From contig OZ059896.1 of assembly GCA_964057225.1 (NCBI GenBank), forward strand, positions 18,228,001-18,292,000: a stretch of 64,000 nt of DNA, given 5' to 3'. Both the position numbers and the translations under genes were made by a program. A model generated the notes under the pieces. It had not been told where the DNA came from. It saw only the letters and a list, made by a program, of their open reading frames with translations, and did no database searches. This DNA comes from Auanema rhodensis. Its lineage: Eukaryota > Animalia > Nematoda. Below, one piece after another: positions 1-14,674 of the stretch. Within the stretch, counting starts at the first letter, position 1. Every line of letters starts with the position of its first letter.

Positions 1-312
1 TTTGACAAACTCAACTATATTGACGTCACATGGTTGTCTATTAGCATCTTTAAAGAAATCAACATCAAATCTTTGGAATTTAAGATATGAAGTCATTTAA
101 TTTTCTTTTTTTATAGACTCCAGTTCAAAGACAAGTTACATCAGCAACATTAGGGGAACGTAAACGTCTGGCTCTACTAGCAGTTGCTTCCAGCTTCTTA
201 GCTTTCATGTTAATATACTTATTACTTGCTTTATCAATTAATTGAAATATAAGCAACAACAACAACCAAACCTTGGTATGATGTAAAAACAAAAGCTGCG
301 AAATATCGAGCT
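1..312 (+). CDS. 3' end of an unidentified gene entering from the left (possibly scramblase/tubby-like C-terminus)
   Basis: Frame 2 is open (LTNSTILTSHGCLLASLKKSTSNLWNLRYE). A putative very short intron ending ttatag at ~116 is followed in phase by TPVQRQVTSATLGERKRLALLAVASSFLAF. The last exon and stop are uncertain. AT-rich UTR-like sequence follows. Confidence 0.3.
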
Positions 313-879
313 TAGAGATTTCATATATGAACTTCTTCTCTCTCATCATCATGCTTCTTTAATCGTTTATAGTTGAATTTTAAAATTAATACAAATAATA
401 TTGAAATCATTATCATATCTTTTCATTTTCTTTCAAAGTTTAAATAAAATTATTTCAATTTAGAAACTATCATACATAGTTTCGATGTATTCTACTATTC
501 TAGCAAATCTCATTTACTTTATCAATCAATTTTTCTATTTTACTTATTAAACGTCTTGAACGGTTTTCAACAAAAATTCTCGTGATATATCCTTTAATTT
601 TCTTTTTTATTCAAAATTATACTTCAACTTTTCACTAGAATATTATTCAAATCTAATTGCCAATTTTCCATCTAAAACTCAGGAATATTTGCATTTTTTT
701 TTCATATTAACATTATTATGTTTCAACTTTTTTTTTTGTAAATAAATCATTCATTACATTTTTTTTGTTATTAGAGTTTTTATTAAATTATAAAATATTA
801 ATTATAAAACTAGAATTCAAAAATTTATGAAAATACTGTACGTATATAACTATTACTCAATGTATGCATAATATGTAAG

Positions 880-2221
880 CTGGTGTTCCAGCTCAGTCTT
901 CATCATCTTCTCTATGTTTTTCCATTCAGAATTGGAAATAAGCGAAGCGTGGATCAAAAAAAGTAGCTTTTTTTAAGAATTCGTCATTTGCAATCGTTTT
1001 TTAGAAAAAGCTGTTAGTGGTAACGATGACATCACGAACAAAATTCTTGCAAACCGCGACGTTTGTGACTGAGTTGATCCTGAGCACTTTTAGTCAATTG
1101 TTATTACGAAAGAAAACAACGTTACTTTTCTAATTTTTTTTTATTAACTGGCAGCTTCCGTATGTGAACGCAACTGTTTTATTCGATTTCCAAGATATCA
1201 ATGTAGCTTCATGATAGAGCTTGAGTACGTCAACAACGAATTTGAGAAAATCGAGCTCAGACTGATTGAACAATGATTCACCTTCTTGAAATGCAATTCT
1301 ATCGTAAACTGAATGCTATAAAGTAACTCACCGTTATCTTGAAAAGACAGAAAACGTACCATTTTTAAAAAATGATTTATCATTTTATAAGTACTGCTCC
1401 ACCTTGCATGATTAAATTCAAAACGTGAGGAAAACAGTGAATACTAAACTATATTTCAATGAAAATCTTCCAAGAGTAACTAAGTTTTGTTTTCCTAGCA
1501 TTTCACAAGTTTTCTTGACATTAGTGGCACCATCAGTTATGCAAGCTATCATCTCGTTCATCAAGTTTGGATTGAGCGAATCATTCAGATTGTTCTTCAT
1601 CATTTGGGCCGAATGTGAGATAGATCAATAACATCCCATATGAAGTTCAACCGTTTCTGACTATCATAATTGATTGTGTGAGCTGTCACAGCCAACAAGG
1701 AAACAACTAGAATAAGAGTTACAACATATCAATGAAACATACTTTTCAAACGATAAAAAACTAACCTGTGTTCTCGGAACTCCATGCGTCAAATGTTATA
1801 GCAAACGTTTTTGCTTTCTCAAGAGTGAGTTTGTTAGTATTAGCAACTTCTGCAACAAATTGATTCATGAAAAAAAAAATAGTTACCTTTGGAAATCAGC
1901 TTCACGACTTTCATCGCTGTTGTTCTTGATGAAACGTAATACGCAGGATTCAGTTTTTTAAAGTAACTCTTTCAAAAAATAGTTATCCAGACAATTGACA
2001 GGTAAATAAGCAGAAGATATGAATTTGGCAAACAGCATATTGATTTCATTCTGGGTACACTTGGGTGTGCTTTCAAAAAAGTTAGAAAGACTCAGCTTAG
2101 CAACATGCTTCAAGAACTTGCAATCAGCCACATGCGTTTTCAGCATGGTTTTTTTTTCAGCACCCACAATCAGTGTACATCTTCGAACATTTTTTACAAT
2201 GGAAGAAGCCTTTCTCATCAC
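880..2221 (-). mobile_element. Degenerate hAT-superfamily transposase pseudogene
   Basis: Minus-strand fragments carry hAT motifs in the correct order: BED-like C/H residues (ORF 1958-2221), KLNPAYYVSSRTT after a frameshift, FAITFDAWSS (first catalytic Asp, ~1775-1806), ACITDGATNVKK (second Asp, ORF 1418-1603), ARWSSTYKM (~1381-1408) and ATFFDPRF (~945-968). Multiple stops and frameshifts. Confidence 0.8.
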
Positions 2222-2340
2222 TTTGAGATATATTTAAAATACGTGTCGTACTTATTTCCCATTATTAATTTAAATGAATAGAAGATGTAAGCCTAACAGG
2301 CAAACTACGTGATCGTTATAGGACTCATAAAAAAATTAGA

Positions 2341-3348
2341 TAATCGGTTGCAAGTATAATACATATATTACATAATTTAATCCGTTCGCCCCGCCCTTTA
2401 ATTTTTTGAATTTTCATACTAATTTTTCCGAACAAAAATTTTTAATATTTAGAAAATTTCTTAATAAATAATTTTGAATTTATTCATTCTTTTCAGAAAT
2501 AGTTTTGATTTAAATCAATTAATTTGGTCTTGTTCGTGATGGATGTTGTTCATATGCGTCACATTCTCTTGTATCATTTTAAAGAAGGAGTTTCTGCTAG
2601 AGAAGCCTTTCGAAAACTGAAATCGGTATATGGAGATTTGTCTCCAGTGTATAGTACGTGTAAGAAATGGTTTTCCCGTTTCAAAGCTGGAGAGACCGAC
2701 CTTCGGGATCGTCCAAGACCTGGCGCTCTGAAGAAATTCAGCGATGAAGACCCAAAACAGTTAAACAAATTGAAAAAAATAACAAAAAAACAGCGGGCAA
2801 AGTCATATTAAAAATTAAGAACAGATAGTATTGATGTAGTATTGAATTATAAAAGGTTTTCTTTTATTTCCTTTCCCTTTCTTAATTATTTGTTTCAGGA
2901 GTCTCTTATACCAATTTTTGTCTTTTTTTTTCACACAGCTGGCACTACCCAAATATTATTCTGGACATTTCGGCTTAACTTGGAATTCGATATCTTCTCG
3001 ATACGTTTTGGAAACTGCGCAGAATGAGTAAAGGTGAGCAGATCCATTGGCATCACCAAGGCCCCAACACGGTTTTCTCAGATGCGCCTCCGTTTTGTTG
3101 AGCTAAAATGTTTTGCACCACCTCTACTCTCTAGACTTTGAAATGTTCGTGAACATTTTTTTTTTGAGAAAAGTAAATTATTTTTCAGTAAAACAATACG
3201 AGATCATAAGAATGTTGAAAGAATTTCATAGGAATAAGAGGAAACTGAAATATTTAATAAATTAATTTGTATAAAATTTTTTTTCTTAATTTTCTTAGTA
3301 ATCGAGGGGGGGGCGGAACAAGTAAAGAACTTAATATTTGCATCATTA
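2341..3348 (+). mobile_element. Decayed, internally deleted Tc1/mariner element
   Basis: ORF 2539-2811 (MRHILLYHFKEGVSAREAFRKLKSVYG...TCKKWFSRFKAGETDLRDRPRPG) is a typical mariner N-terminal HTH. A degenerate HPPYSPDL motif (LHHLYSLDF) lies at ~3113-3139. Weak inverted ends: taatcggttgcaagtat (2341) versus atatttgcatcatta (3334-3348). Boundaries are approximate. Confidence 0.75.
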
Positions 3349-4583
3349 AGCGATAAATATCACATACTTCACATTTTTGTATGAAATACAATCACACCCG
3401 TCACTGGTTTTAACATTTTTCAAATCGCTGATCATGTTTTCAATATTGCTCAAATCTTTCGGAAAGACCAGCTTGTTTTAGTTCCTTCGATCACCGGTTG
3501 TATTGGATCAGCCAGAAAACTCACTCACACATACCCACACTCTCTGATACGATATAACACAGAATGGATTTGAAAGATTATAACTTAATCAGCTTTTATT
3601 ATGATTTAAAAAAAAAAAAGAAAAGAGTCAAAAATTGAATTTAAAATTGATAAATTGTTTTATGGAATATTGTTGGCAATATGTACAAAATGCAAAAAAT
3701 ATCTTGATGAGTATTAGTAATTTGGTCAAAGTCATTATATCTATTCGTTGATCCTCAACAAACATCCAATAACTACATTTACTAATATTATATAATTTAT
3801 TTAAAAATAAAAGTTATTATTTAATGAAATTCCAATGATTATTATGAAATATGACAAGTAAATATATATATAATGACCCTAAGTGGATGAAAATGACATT
3901 TAGTGGTTGAAAAGGATGGTAACGAAATAAAACTAATGAGCATTTCCTTAGTTATTAACAATGGGCAAACTTAATATTTTACAATCTTCACTCATTTCAT
4001 TGTTCAAAGATCTTCAATGCATTTCATTTAACTCTAATATTTCATCTTTTTTTTATTTCAACTGCGCAATTCGACTTCACCCTAATCTCACAACATAGCA
4101 TTATCTTATTCGACGTCGAAAAAGACGGATGAACGTCAGACGGCTCAAACAGTTAGCGTCGATACAAAACGTAAAAATCATCATCAATTCATACTTCCAT
4201 TCGATTGAGCGCATTGACAGTTGAACGTCAAATATCGTCGTCAAATAGAGTCTAATCTCAAGACAAAACGATATCAACTTGATAGGAATTCAAGAATCAT
4301 GATGTTCACTACTAATGCTATTGAAGCTTCATTACAATGTTCTTTGTAGATTGTACATGTTATACAACGTTATATTCTTTAATTATTTGTTTAATTTTTC
4401 AATTTTTCTTTTCAATTCTTTTAAAAATATTCTTATATTTGTAAAAGTCTTTGCTCTTTCTCAACATCAAACTCCATACATACATACATACACATATATT
4501 TCTTAGCATCATATTGAGGATATTTAACAACAGAGAATACTTGAATTTACTGCTCATTTTCAAGTTCTTATAAATTCTTCATA

Positions 4584-4589
4584 CTCTCT

Positions 4590-4663
<74 letters not shown>

Positions 4664-4686
4664 ACTCACTCACTCTCGCTCTCTCT
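4584..4686. repeat. (CT)n microsatellite grading into (CACT)n
   Basis: Directly visible. Confidence 0.95.
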
Positions 4687-7600
4687 CCCTTTCTATTTTT
4701 CTGTCCATTGTATGCCACCACACGTTAAGATGTTGAACGAAAAAAAAAAGAATTGAAATCCGAATCCCCTGTAACGCGCTATCGACAATGTCGTGCTCGT
4801 TGTCGTCGTTCCTTCTTGTCTATTCATAAAAATCTGTTAAACAAGTTTTGAGCTTCAAGTTGTTACCTGACACACCCCCAATAAAGTTTTTTTCACAGAA
4901 TAATAGTTTGCACGAGTAAAGGATACAAGAAAATGAAGTGATGGGTATTGATGAATGGAATCAAACTATACAGATCTTGACATGAAATGTAGCGAATTTT
5001 TATAAAAAATATGATCACAAGGTTGTCATTGTTGGGTTCCATGTGAATTTCATTTTGTATATATTCTTCTTATCTTTGGGACAAATACTTTATTTAAAAT
5101 CCAAAATGTGTTTTCTGACTTTTGTCCTTTTCTTCCTGAAGGATTCCCTCTACCCCCTACCCTTGCTTTCAAACTTTCTGTAATCTCCAGGGAAATTTCC
5201 GTTCAGAAATATTGAATAATGTTTAAATTATTTTCTCTTTGCTTGACAATTCTTTTTTTTTTGTAATTTTCAAAACAAAATTAATGAACTGCTTACATAC
5301 TTTTATACTTATGTTTTACCTCATATAATCAAATTGTTGGCAAAGTAGTTAAAGCCTATAAGAAAGGAAGAGAAAAGGAGATAGAGATAGACATAGAGAG
5401 AGAGAATCAGATAGAGAAATGTAGAGGAAGAGAAGAAATGAAAAACGAGAGAGAAAGAAAGAAAAATTCATAAATTACCATATAAAACTTTATGAGTTTT
5501 CAAGGAATCACATGATGATGTTGGTTATGACAATGGTCCAATCATATTTGACTCCAGTTCTCATAAAGTTCATATCAAGTTCAAAGCTCACGTGAAACAT
5601 CCACGTGTTGTTCTTTCTACTGCCATCTCTTTTCATAATTAACATCATCATCATCATAATCATTCATTAGAGCAAAGTGCCAACTACCATTGCTGTTATA
5701 ATTTGCTGACGCAATACTCGAGAAAAAATGTTATTTTCCGTCCCAATTTTTCATCCGAGTTCTACCACAACGCTTGTAGCAGCATTAGCTAGAAACTTGA
5801 AATAAGCTCAAAGTTGATCATACGTTTATGTCTGAATCTTTTGCCTTTTTTTCCATATTTTAGAACAAAGAACATTGAGAATTACGCAAATCACGTAAAC
5901 TCTTCTAGATCTAGTCGTTAGTATATCTTGAATAGTTTGTGTGCAGTTATGTGGAACAATTCTCATTATTCCTTTTTGGAATTATTTTCCTCATAAATTT
6001 CAAAGAAATCCGAGTTTTTGTGTTTTTTTTTCATAGAAGCAAGAAAAAAGAAGGAGAAAATTGAGGATAAAGATTAATAGAAATCAAAAGAAAAACTTTT
6101 TGTTTTGTTTTACATACATGTATATGGTTACATATATGTATATTCTTCATTAACTATGTATTTATTCATATTTTAAACTTTTTTTAAAATAAAAATCTTT
6201 TTAATAAATAAAAAAATAAAATTATTTAGTTATATGAATAATAATTATAATTTATATTATTATTATCAATAAAATTATAACAGTTTTACTCATCTTTTTG
6301 TAATTTTCAGCAATAAAATGTTTTTAATTTTCTTTTCTTTTCGCATTTTTTTACCGAAGAGCTATTATTTTTTTATTTTGAACTTGAGCTTCATTTCTTT
6401 TTCAACTTTGTACTCTTCTTTTATAAAAATATAATAACGAAAAACAAATATCAACATTTGTACTTGTTATTGAGATTGTAAGCTTGTTGATCTTCTTTTG
6501 AAACTATGCTCCAAACGAGACCCGTACGGATTATTCGGAACGAAAATAATGTATTTCATGTTATTCCAAACAAATTCTTTTATATATATAAGGTTAAGGA
6601 TTGAATAGTAATATATATTTTCTCACTATTTCATCCACATTCATCAAATTTTTTGGATAAAAATTAGTAAAAATAACGTGAAATCAATGGAATCCTCTAG
6701 ATCCCTCCTTCCCAATGTCCGTTGACTGCCCGATCTACTCGCCCCATTTCTACATAGAAATCGTATATTGTTGCTCTTTATTCAAGAAAGAACATTGGGT
6801 TTGTGAAATTCATATTTCTTCCTCACTTGTTACTTTTTCCTTTTTTTTTTCTTTTTTTCTGTTTTTACATTTTCAACTTTTTCTTGTAATTTTAAACAAA
6901 TATCTCACTTCAAGGCGACAGGCTGTTAAATATTCTGATAGAAGATCTGAAAGATCACCCAGAAAAACCACTTATGATCATCTCATGTCAGCTTAAAGCT
7001 TTAAATGAGTGACTGACAGGACCTTATGATAAACGCTACATGTATTATCCTGATTTTCGATGTGTAACTACGGGTCCATTCTTTAAGAGTTTTCTCTCTC
7101 TCTCTCTTTCTGTGTCTGTCTGTCTCTGTCTCCCTCTGTCTCTCTCTGTCTCTCTTTGTCCCATTTTTAACCTTTTCTGAAAATTTTTCAATTTCCCATT
7201 TTCATGGTTTTGCCGTCCCCTGAACTTTTATTCAAACCTACTTTATCTTCAAACTTTTTCTATTTCATCTTTGGCCTTCTCATTTATTTCCTCAACTTCT
7301 TCATTTTCTTTTCTACTTATTATGCATTTATAAGATGTTAGTATATGTATACATTGATGCTCAGGTTGTTCATAAACAAAGCTTTATATCAAGTTGTCTC
7401 ATTTCTATGCTACCTATCGTTTCTTCAGCTTTTCTTTCCTTTTCTTTCATTTTTCAATCATTCAAAATTCTTTCTTTTCTTTTTCTTTTTAAGAAATTGC
7501 CGGTTCAGCTAAGCAGATTTATAACGAAAAAAACGTTAAAAGAACCATGCTTCTTCCAGTCACCCCCAATTTCCCGTCTAAATTGCCGACTTCCTTTTTC

Positions 7601-8743
7601 CATTTTGCTTGTTGTGTGTCCAGCCATAGTTGGATGCAAGGAGGGGGGGAACCTCCAGATGCTAACCTTTTAATATGTTTGGTCGTTTAGTCTATAGCTT
7701 TCTGTTCTCAAGACTCTTCTTTGATTTTTTTATTCAATTATCACCTTGCCATTACTCCTTGTTTTTTCGATTCTTCCTTTTCAATACATATTCACACAAT
7801 TTCTCTTTTATCAATCCCTCTTTCTTCTGTCGTTTAGCTCCTCTCTCCCAACACCCTTCCCCGTTCAGTCATGGTTGCTTCCTAATCTTTTCTGCTTCGC
7901 TATACTACTAGTTTCCTTGTTTTTACCACATTCTCATCGTCCTACATAATCTTTTTGCTCAATAAACCTTCTCCAATGACTTGAATCATGAATACCAAAA
8001 ACGACAAACTGAAGCCACTGAGCCGAATGACAACGCGCCTATTCTTCCACGGACTCAAAAGAAGCTCATTATTCGGGTCTTCTTTCAGATACATCTATGA
8101 GCTGACTTCTGATTCTCACCCTAGCGGGGCTCATCACTTGTACTTTGTACGGCGATCGAGTGTGAAAAGAATAGAATAGCCAAGTAAAAGACGCAGAGAG
8201 TTAGGAAGATGAGGCACATTAGGAAAAGACGAGATAGCTAACAGGGTTATGGACAAGAAGGCGTCGACGACTCCAGAGGCCAATCCAGCTAATATCAGTC
8301 GTTTGTAAAATCTCTTTTTACAACTTTTGCTTCCTTCTCTCCTCCTCTCACCATCCAGCATTTCTCTCGCAGTCATTTTGAAAATCTTTTTAGTTCCTTT
8401 GAGCATCTATCCGTCTCTCCTCTCATCTTGGTTTCCGATCATTGTCATTGGAGTAATTCTTCAACTCTTCTTCAGTCATTGTCGGCTATTCTTTTATTAT
8501 TTTCTAATTACACACATACACATAGACTGACTCATTCACTCACTAACACTCAGTCATTCATTCACTCACTCACTTACACTCACTTTATTCTTCAGCTTCA
8601 TCATCCTTCTTCCTGCAAAACCTCTTCTCATTCGGGTTTTTTCTCTTCATTCATACGTCTTTCTTCACATTCATGCTTTCTGCTGTTGTTGTCTCTTCCA
8701 TCTATTGGTCAATTCGTCTTGTGTCCAGGGTGTTCATGGTGTC

Positions 8744-8782
8744 CACACACACACACACACAAACACACACACTCTCACACAC
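8744..8782. repeat. Interrupted (CA)n microsatellite
   Basis: Directly visible. Confidence 0.9.
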
Positions 8783-9321
8783 GATAGCTGCAAATTACAA
8801 AAGTTGATCCAACCTCTTCTTCTTATTCCACTTCGTCAGGCTCACTGGATAGAGCTACAAAGCAATTTTTTTCCAAATGTATTTCTAGTTCTACATAAGT
8901 TATTCTATATCATGTTTTACTTTTCTGTCTATCTTAGTATAATACTAACCGTATATATTCTCTTAAACTCATTCTGACCTGTTAATTGAAAACTGGAAGA
9001 GATTATAAATTTTTCTCCGATCTTATTAATCGAAAAGCGGAAGAGTTTTATCAATTTTTTGAACTTTAGAACCTCATCACACCTATCTCATACTTTCTGG
9101 CTTAGAAACGTGTCAGCAATGTACTTTAACTCAATTATCATCCATCATGCTTTTCCCGATTTACAACCACGTGAGCATTGCAGTCATTTCAATATGCTTT
9201 ATCTCTATTTTCTTTTTTTTAATTGGTCTTAACTGCTCTTCATCGTCAATGTCATCAGTTTTTTTCACTTAAATCACCTGAAATAATATTTTATAACTTT
9301 TTCTTTCAGTTTTCTTCACAG

Positions 9322-10865
9322 GTTCACAAACTCCATTGCACACTGGCCGCAAAAACTCCCGAGGCTGCTAGTACGTCGTCAACGACTGGCTACCGAACTG
9401 ACGACGAAGACGACCACATGTCCGAATTATGTGACGAATTTGATGATCCATCGGTATATTATTTTTTTTTTTGAATTACTAACGTATAATTGAAAACAAA
9501 GAGTTCGACTAAAAATTATTTATAGAAAAGCTTTCTTTTAAATTCTGTCTGTTTATTTGTTTTATGTGCATGTAACAACATATACTATTGCTGCTTTATC
9601 CTTCCCTCTCTCTCTCTAACTTCACCTATCTATCTATCTTGATGAATAACAGCAAATGTTTAGAGCCAATTTATGAAAATAATCGATTCCTTAGCTATTT
9701 TTGGGTAACAGATTTCATTTAACTTTCTCTTGCCGCCGTCATGTTTCAGGCGCATTTAGCTTTTACTGACCTCTTCAGACTCTACTGAACTTTGGCATGT
9801 TTGCTAGTCTTCCGGACGATCCATCAGTCTCATATCTACACTTCCGTTCTATTGTGTTATTTTCACCAACAGTGTGACATCAGTTCCTTTGATTCCAGCC
9901 TAACTTGAAACTTGTTTACTCATTCTATGTCCTACTGAACATCGTCTGTCCTTCTGAAGTCGTATGACTACCTTGACGTCCCAATCTCTCCTAGCGTTCG
10001 TTTGAGTTTCGTTGTTATTCTTGTCATTGAATACCAGGAAGCTTAAAAGTTGCTTAGCCAGCTTTGTTCTCCTTCTTCTACATCCATTTCAATTATATTC
10101 TTTCATCCTGGCTCTGTATTTTTTAGCTCTGGTCATCTGTTCAACTATAAAACTGATGAAATCGCCCGGAGGGCGCATTTCGTGCCAGCTTTGAGACAGC
10201 TGAAAAACTTCAAGAAAAAAACTTTTTTTTGGCCGTTCAGGCATTAAAATCGTACTTGATAGATCTGTTTAGCTATCCAAGTTCTGAAAAACAGGAGCAA
10301 GAAAGGCAAAAAAAAAGTGTGTGAAGCACACGATAGGAAATAAAGAACTTGAGGAGAATAGGGAGAAAGATGATGAAGCTGAAGAAACCGATGAGATACT
10401 GGATATTACGGATGAAGCAGCGTAGTACATAGTTAATGACGTCATCTAGCGTCATCGACTATGCTTTCTCTCTAAGGACATTCAAAACATGCAAGTTGCA
10501 TTATGTGAGCAGATTGACGAAAGACAAGCGAGAACAAATGGAGGAAGACGCTTCGCATCTAAGTTGGCAAGTGAGGACGATGAAAAGAGCAAGCAATACA
10601 AAGAGTGGACGAATGCGAAAAGTGAGAGAGACGAAGAAGAGCTTAAGGACCACCAATGAAGTTTTACCATTTTTTAGCATTTCGAAAAAGGTTCTCCATA
10701 TTTACGAATTTGCTTCATCGAACCAATTGCTACACAACTAGATTCACAATTATTTTTCTTTTATCTTGCTTTACTTTCACCTGAAGAATAAAATACTTTG
10801 CTACTCACTTCTTCTCTTTCCCTTTCTCTCTCTCTTTCTCTCCCTCTCTATCTAGTCTACCTCTT

Positions 10866-10928
<63 letters not shown>

Positions 10929-11466
10929 TCTCCCTTTTCTTCTAAGCAAAACAGTTCTGTTTTTCCTTGGTTTATCGACCATAATGTATCCTTCCTACAC
11001 ACAAATAATACACAACAACACAAAACATGTTAGAAGTAGAACTCATGTCAGCATGTTCATTGCAATTCTTGTCCTTTGCCGTGTTTCTAAAAACAGATTC
11101 TCTTCTGATGCGGTTAAGGCTGGTAGGTTGTGTCGTGGATCCAACTTTCCTTAAACTGCATTTTCAATGATATGATTACAACCGTCTATCTTCGCAAAGT
11201 TTGTTTTCACTTTGTTCATCTGATACACCAATGTGGTTCTTCTATCCATATCCCTGATATTCCTCATCTAACTGGCTGTTTCATGAACAGCTTATGCTTC
11301 AATTCATCTGACTATACTTCGTCTTCTTCTTGTTCAGCAGCAACTACTACTCACTGTCACATTTTTCACCTATCTCTTGTATTCAAATTCAATTCTTATT
11401 TTTTCATTCAAATTTCTTAAAATCTAAAAAGAAAAGGAGAAAAGAGAAAAAGAAAGAGAGAGAGAG

Positions 11467-11506
<40 letters not shown>

Positions 11507-12368
11507 AGGCACTAATTTATCAAATATGTGTATATTCAAGTGTATTTTGACTTGATGAATTACACGATTCATTCTTTTAAACATCAGATTAAAATAAGCT
11601 TATCATTGCAATGATACACCTGCAACTTGAACCAACTTTTGATTATAATCCTGAAGCAAAAGACTGGAATTGATATCATGTTTTAAAGATAAAACTTACT
11701 AAAGTTGAGGAAAGGATATAATGAGCATCAGGTTCTTTTGAAAAACTAATAGAAATAGTGAGTGATAGTAAGAGATAAAGAAAGAGAAATAGAAAAAGAT
11801 AAAGAGGAAAAGATAGCGTTTTGCACGTTCAAACTTGAAATAAGATTATGGATGTAGTACCATGAGGTTACAGCTATCAGTTGGTAGGCGATATGTATGA
11901 AAACGAAAAAAAGATGAAAAGAAAGACGATGTCAGTTGTTTCGCTCATACTCTTTTTCATTGGCTTCATCACAAATCATTATTCATATATCTCTTGAAAA
12001 TGGCTTTAAAATCTGAACTTAGTGAGATGGGATGCAGTGAGAGAAAAAAGAAGAAGAAATCAGAAATAAAAAGACAAATAGGAAAATGAAATGAGGGGTA
12101 GAACACGGGGGGGGGGAATAATTACGAAATTTTAGACTTTTATCCTTTAAGTTATACTTTATGATGACAACTCAAGAAGATTTTGAAAGTGATAAGCTTT
12201 TTTACCTTGACAGATAACTTTCAACAAACGCAGTTGCCTGTTCATGAAAGTGATAAAAGATATTATTATAAATTCATAGAGTTAAGAGAATGAAAGAAAA
12301 AAACTAAAGATAAAGTAAGTTCAGTGATTTGGCTGAGAGGATTAGATTGAGAGGCAATGCTGTGACTA

Positions 12369-12421
<53 letters not shown>

Positions 12422-14595
12422 GTTACGAAAAGAGCAACAGAAGGTTTGTGTCATGTCTTCATTGACTCTCACTTCTTCACGTGTCTTGTTACTTCCAACA
12501 CACTTTGTCGATAGATCGCATGTTTTCGGTTGTGGGTGGAAGCTACCAGTTAGAATGAGCGACGAAAAATGCTACTATTACTCTGATTCTGATTGCCCAA
12601 CCTGCCAGCTTTAACTTAATATTCTATTCGTTTATGGTATTCGAACAAGGCGAACAGTTGAAACTTTAAGTTTCACCGTATTCTAGTTATAATATTCCGA
12701 ATATACTTTCTCTCTTTCCCTCTCAGCGTATCGAAGTCTTTATTTTGTCTTTTGCAACGATTTCTCGTCTTCAAACTCCCGGAAAAGGAAAAAAATTATT
12801 TTTTTCTGGTGTGCTCAGCTACTTCATAAGTTCTTTGTTGTATATTTTAAATGACTATTCTTCGTATTATTCTTTCATTTCTTCATATTCATTTTCAAAA
12901 AATTATGGAAAATGCAATTGTCTTTCTTATTCAGAATATACACTTCCTCACGGACGTCAGATTCATTAATCTTCAGACAACACCAATAGAGCTTTGAAAG
13001 ATGTTTCCCAAATTGGGATTGGCCACGAAATCAGCCCTCATAGTAGGTTTTCTTCGGCCTCTCCTGTCACATCCTACTTCACTTTCTACTTTTATACCAA
13101 CTAGCAACTATCCTCCTTTCAATCCCATCTTATCTCTGCTATTACTCAGCTGTACTTAAATTGCTTTTGAATTTTAGTAAAATAGACATAAAGAAGAGTA
13201 CAAATTACTAATTCTATCATAGATTTCATAACACTTACCACTCAAACTGTGTTTAATACATTTTTATTCAAAACTTTCCGTCGCATGATTCAAGGTAGGC
13301 GGAGCATGAAGTCTGTCCTCCTCAATAACTAATCTCAGCGTTTTGACCTCCTCTTTACTTCTTCATGTATTTCACTTGTCCAAACTTCTAATCTTCTGCT
13401 TTTTGCTCTCCGTCTCTCAAATGACTATATATGTATCTAGTAGTACCTACTTATAGTTAACTAGCCGTACTAGTCTCTCAATCATCAGCAGGACCATCAT
13501 TTCACTAGTTTATCTACTTCTCCTTTCTTCTTCATCTTCATCTCCTTCTACTTCTTGATTGTCGTCTACTTCTCACCGTTGAATCATCACTGCCGGCAAT
13601 ATTTCCAAATTTTTCCATTTTTATGCTGAAGCTTTAAACGCTTATCTTTCTACCAAATCTGACAATTTTAAGGCTCATAAATTCTATAGGCTATATTCTT
13701 TGAATTTCCTTTTTTTTCTTTTCAATCGTTTTGCGTCAAATTGTCTTTGAAGCATTTTTTTAAAGCATTTTTGCATAATTTTCGTATAAAATATCAGAGA
13801 ATGATCCATTTTCCAAAATTTTAAAGTTGAATAGAACTCCATTTCTAATGCATGCGATCCTAGCAAACTCTTTAGACCACCATCAGCTTGTCATCAAACA
13901 GTCGCTTCAACAAGAGTCTTTAAAGTTTTTTCTTCAAAATTTGAACAAAAAAAAACTGAGTGTTTTCATTTGAAATTCAAAGTTCTAATTTCATTTTGTT
14001 CTATGCTAACCTAAATACATGTTCATATACATATGTGCAATCATTATAACTATAAAGCTTGTTTGTTTGTAAATAATCCTATAATATTTCCAAATAACAA
14101 TAAAAATTATATTTTTTCTATATAAATAAATCTTTTTATCAACTTTTATTTTCAGAAAATGCAAATAAAACAAGGATATTTTCGACGAAAGTGGCGAAAA
14201 GCCAAGACCTCCCTGCTCAGTATGTGCATGACCAAATATAGGAAATGCTTAACGAAAATGAAAAAGTGCATACGAACTGACACTGAAGTTGACCATGATC
14301 GCAGAAAAAGTTCAGCTAAATTGCATCCCTTACCAGGTATGTGAAATGTTTTTAGAAAAAAAAAACATTTTTTTCGTCTTGGAAATCTTTTAGTAATGTT
14401 TCTTTCGTCTAATTTTATATTCATGCTTCTCTTAAAACTACATTAAACTTGTGCAATATTCTTACAAAGAAAAGAAAAACCTTTATTCTACAAGTTGCAT
14501 TGTTTCAAAAACTTAGCATGACAACAATTAATTTAAAAATGCTTATCATCATAGTATATGCGAACTTTCTTAGCGTTCTCTTCATTCATTCCTCT

Positions 14596-14674
<79 letters not shown>

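Noticed and set aside
10152-10206. CTGATGA followed by a GC hairpin and GAAA (hammerhead-like)
   Set aside because: Stem II is not closed by an adjacent GAAA, and stems I and III are absent.
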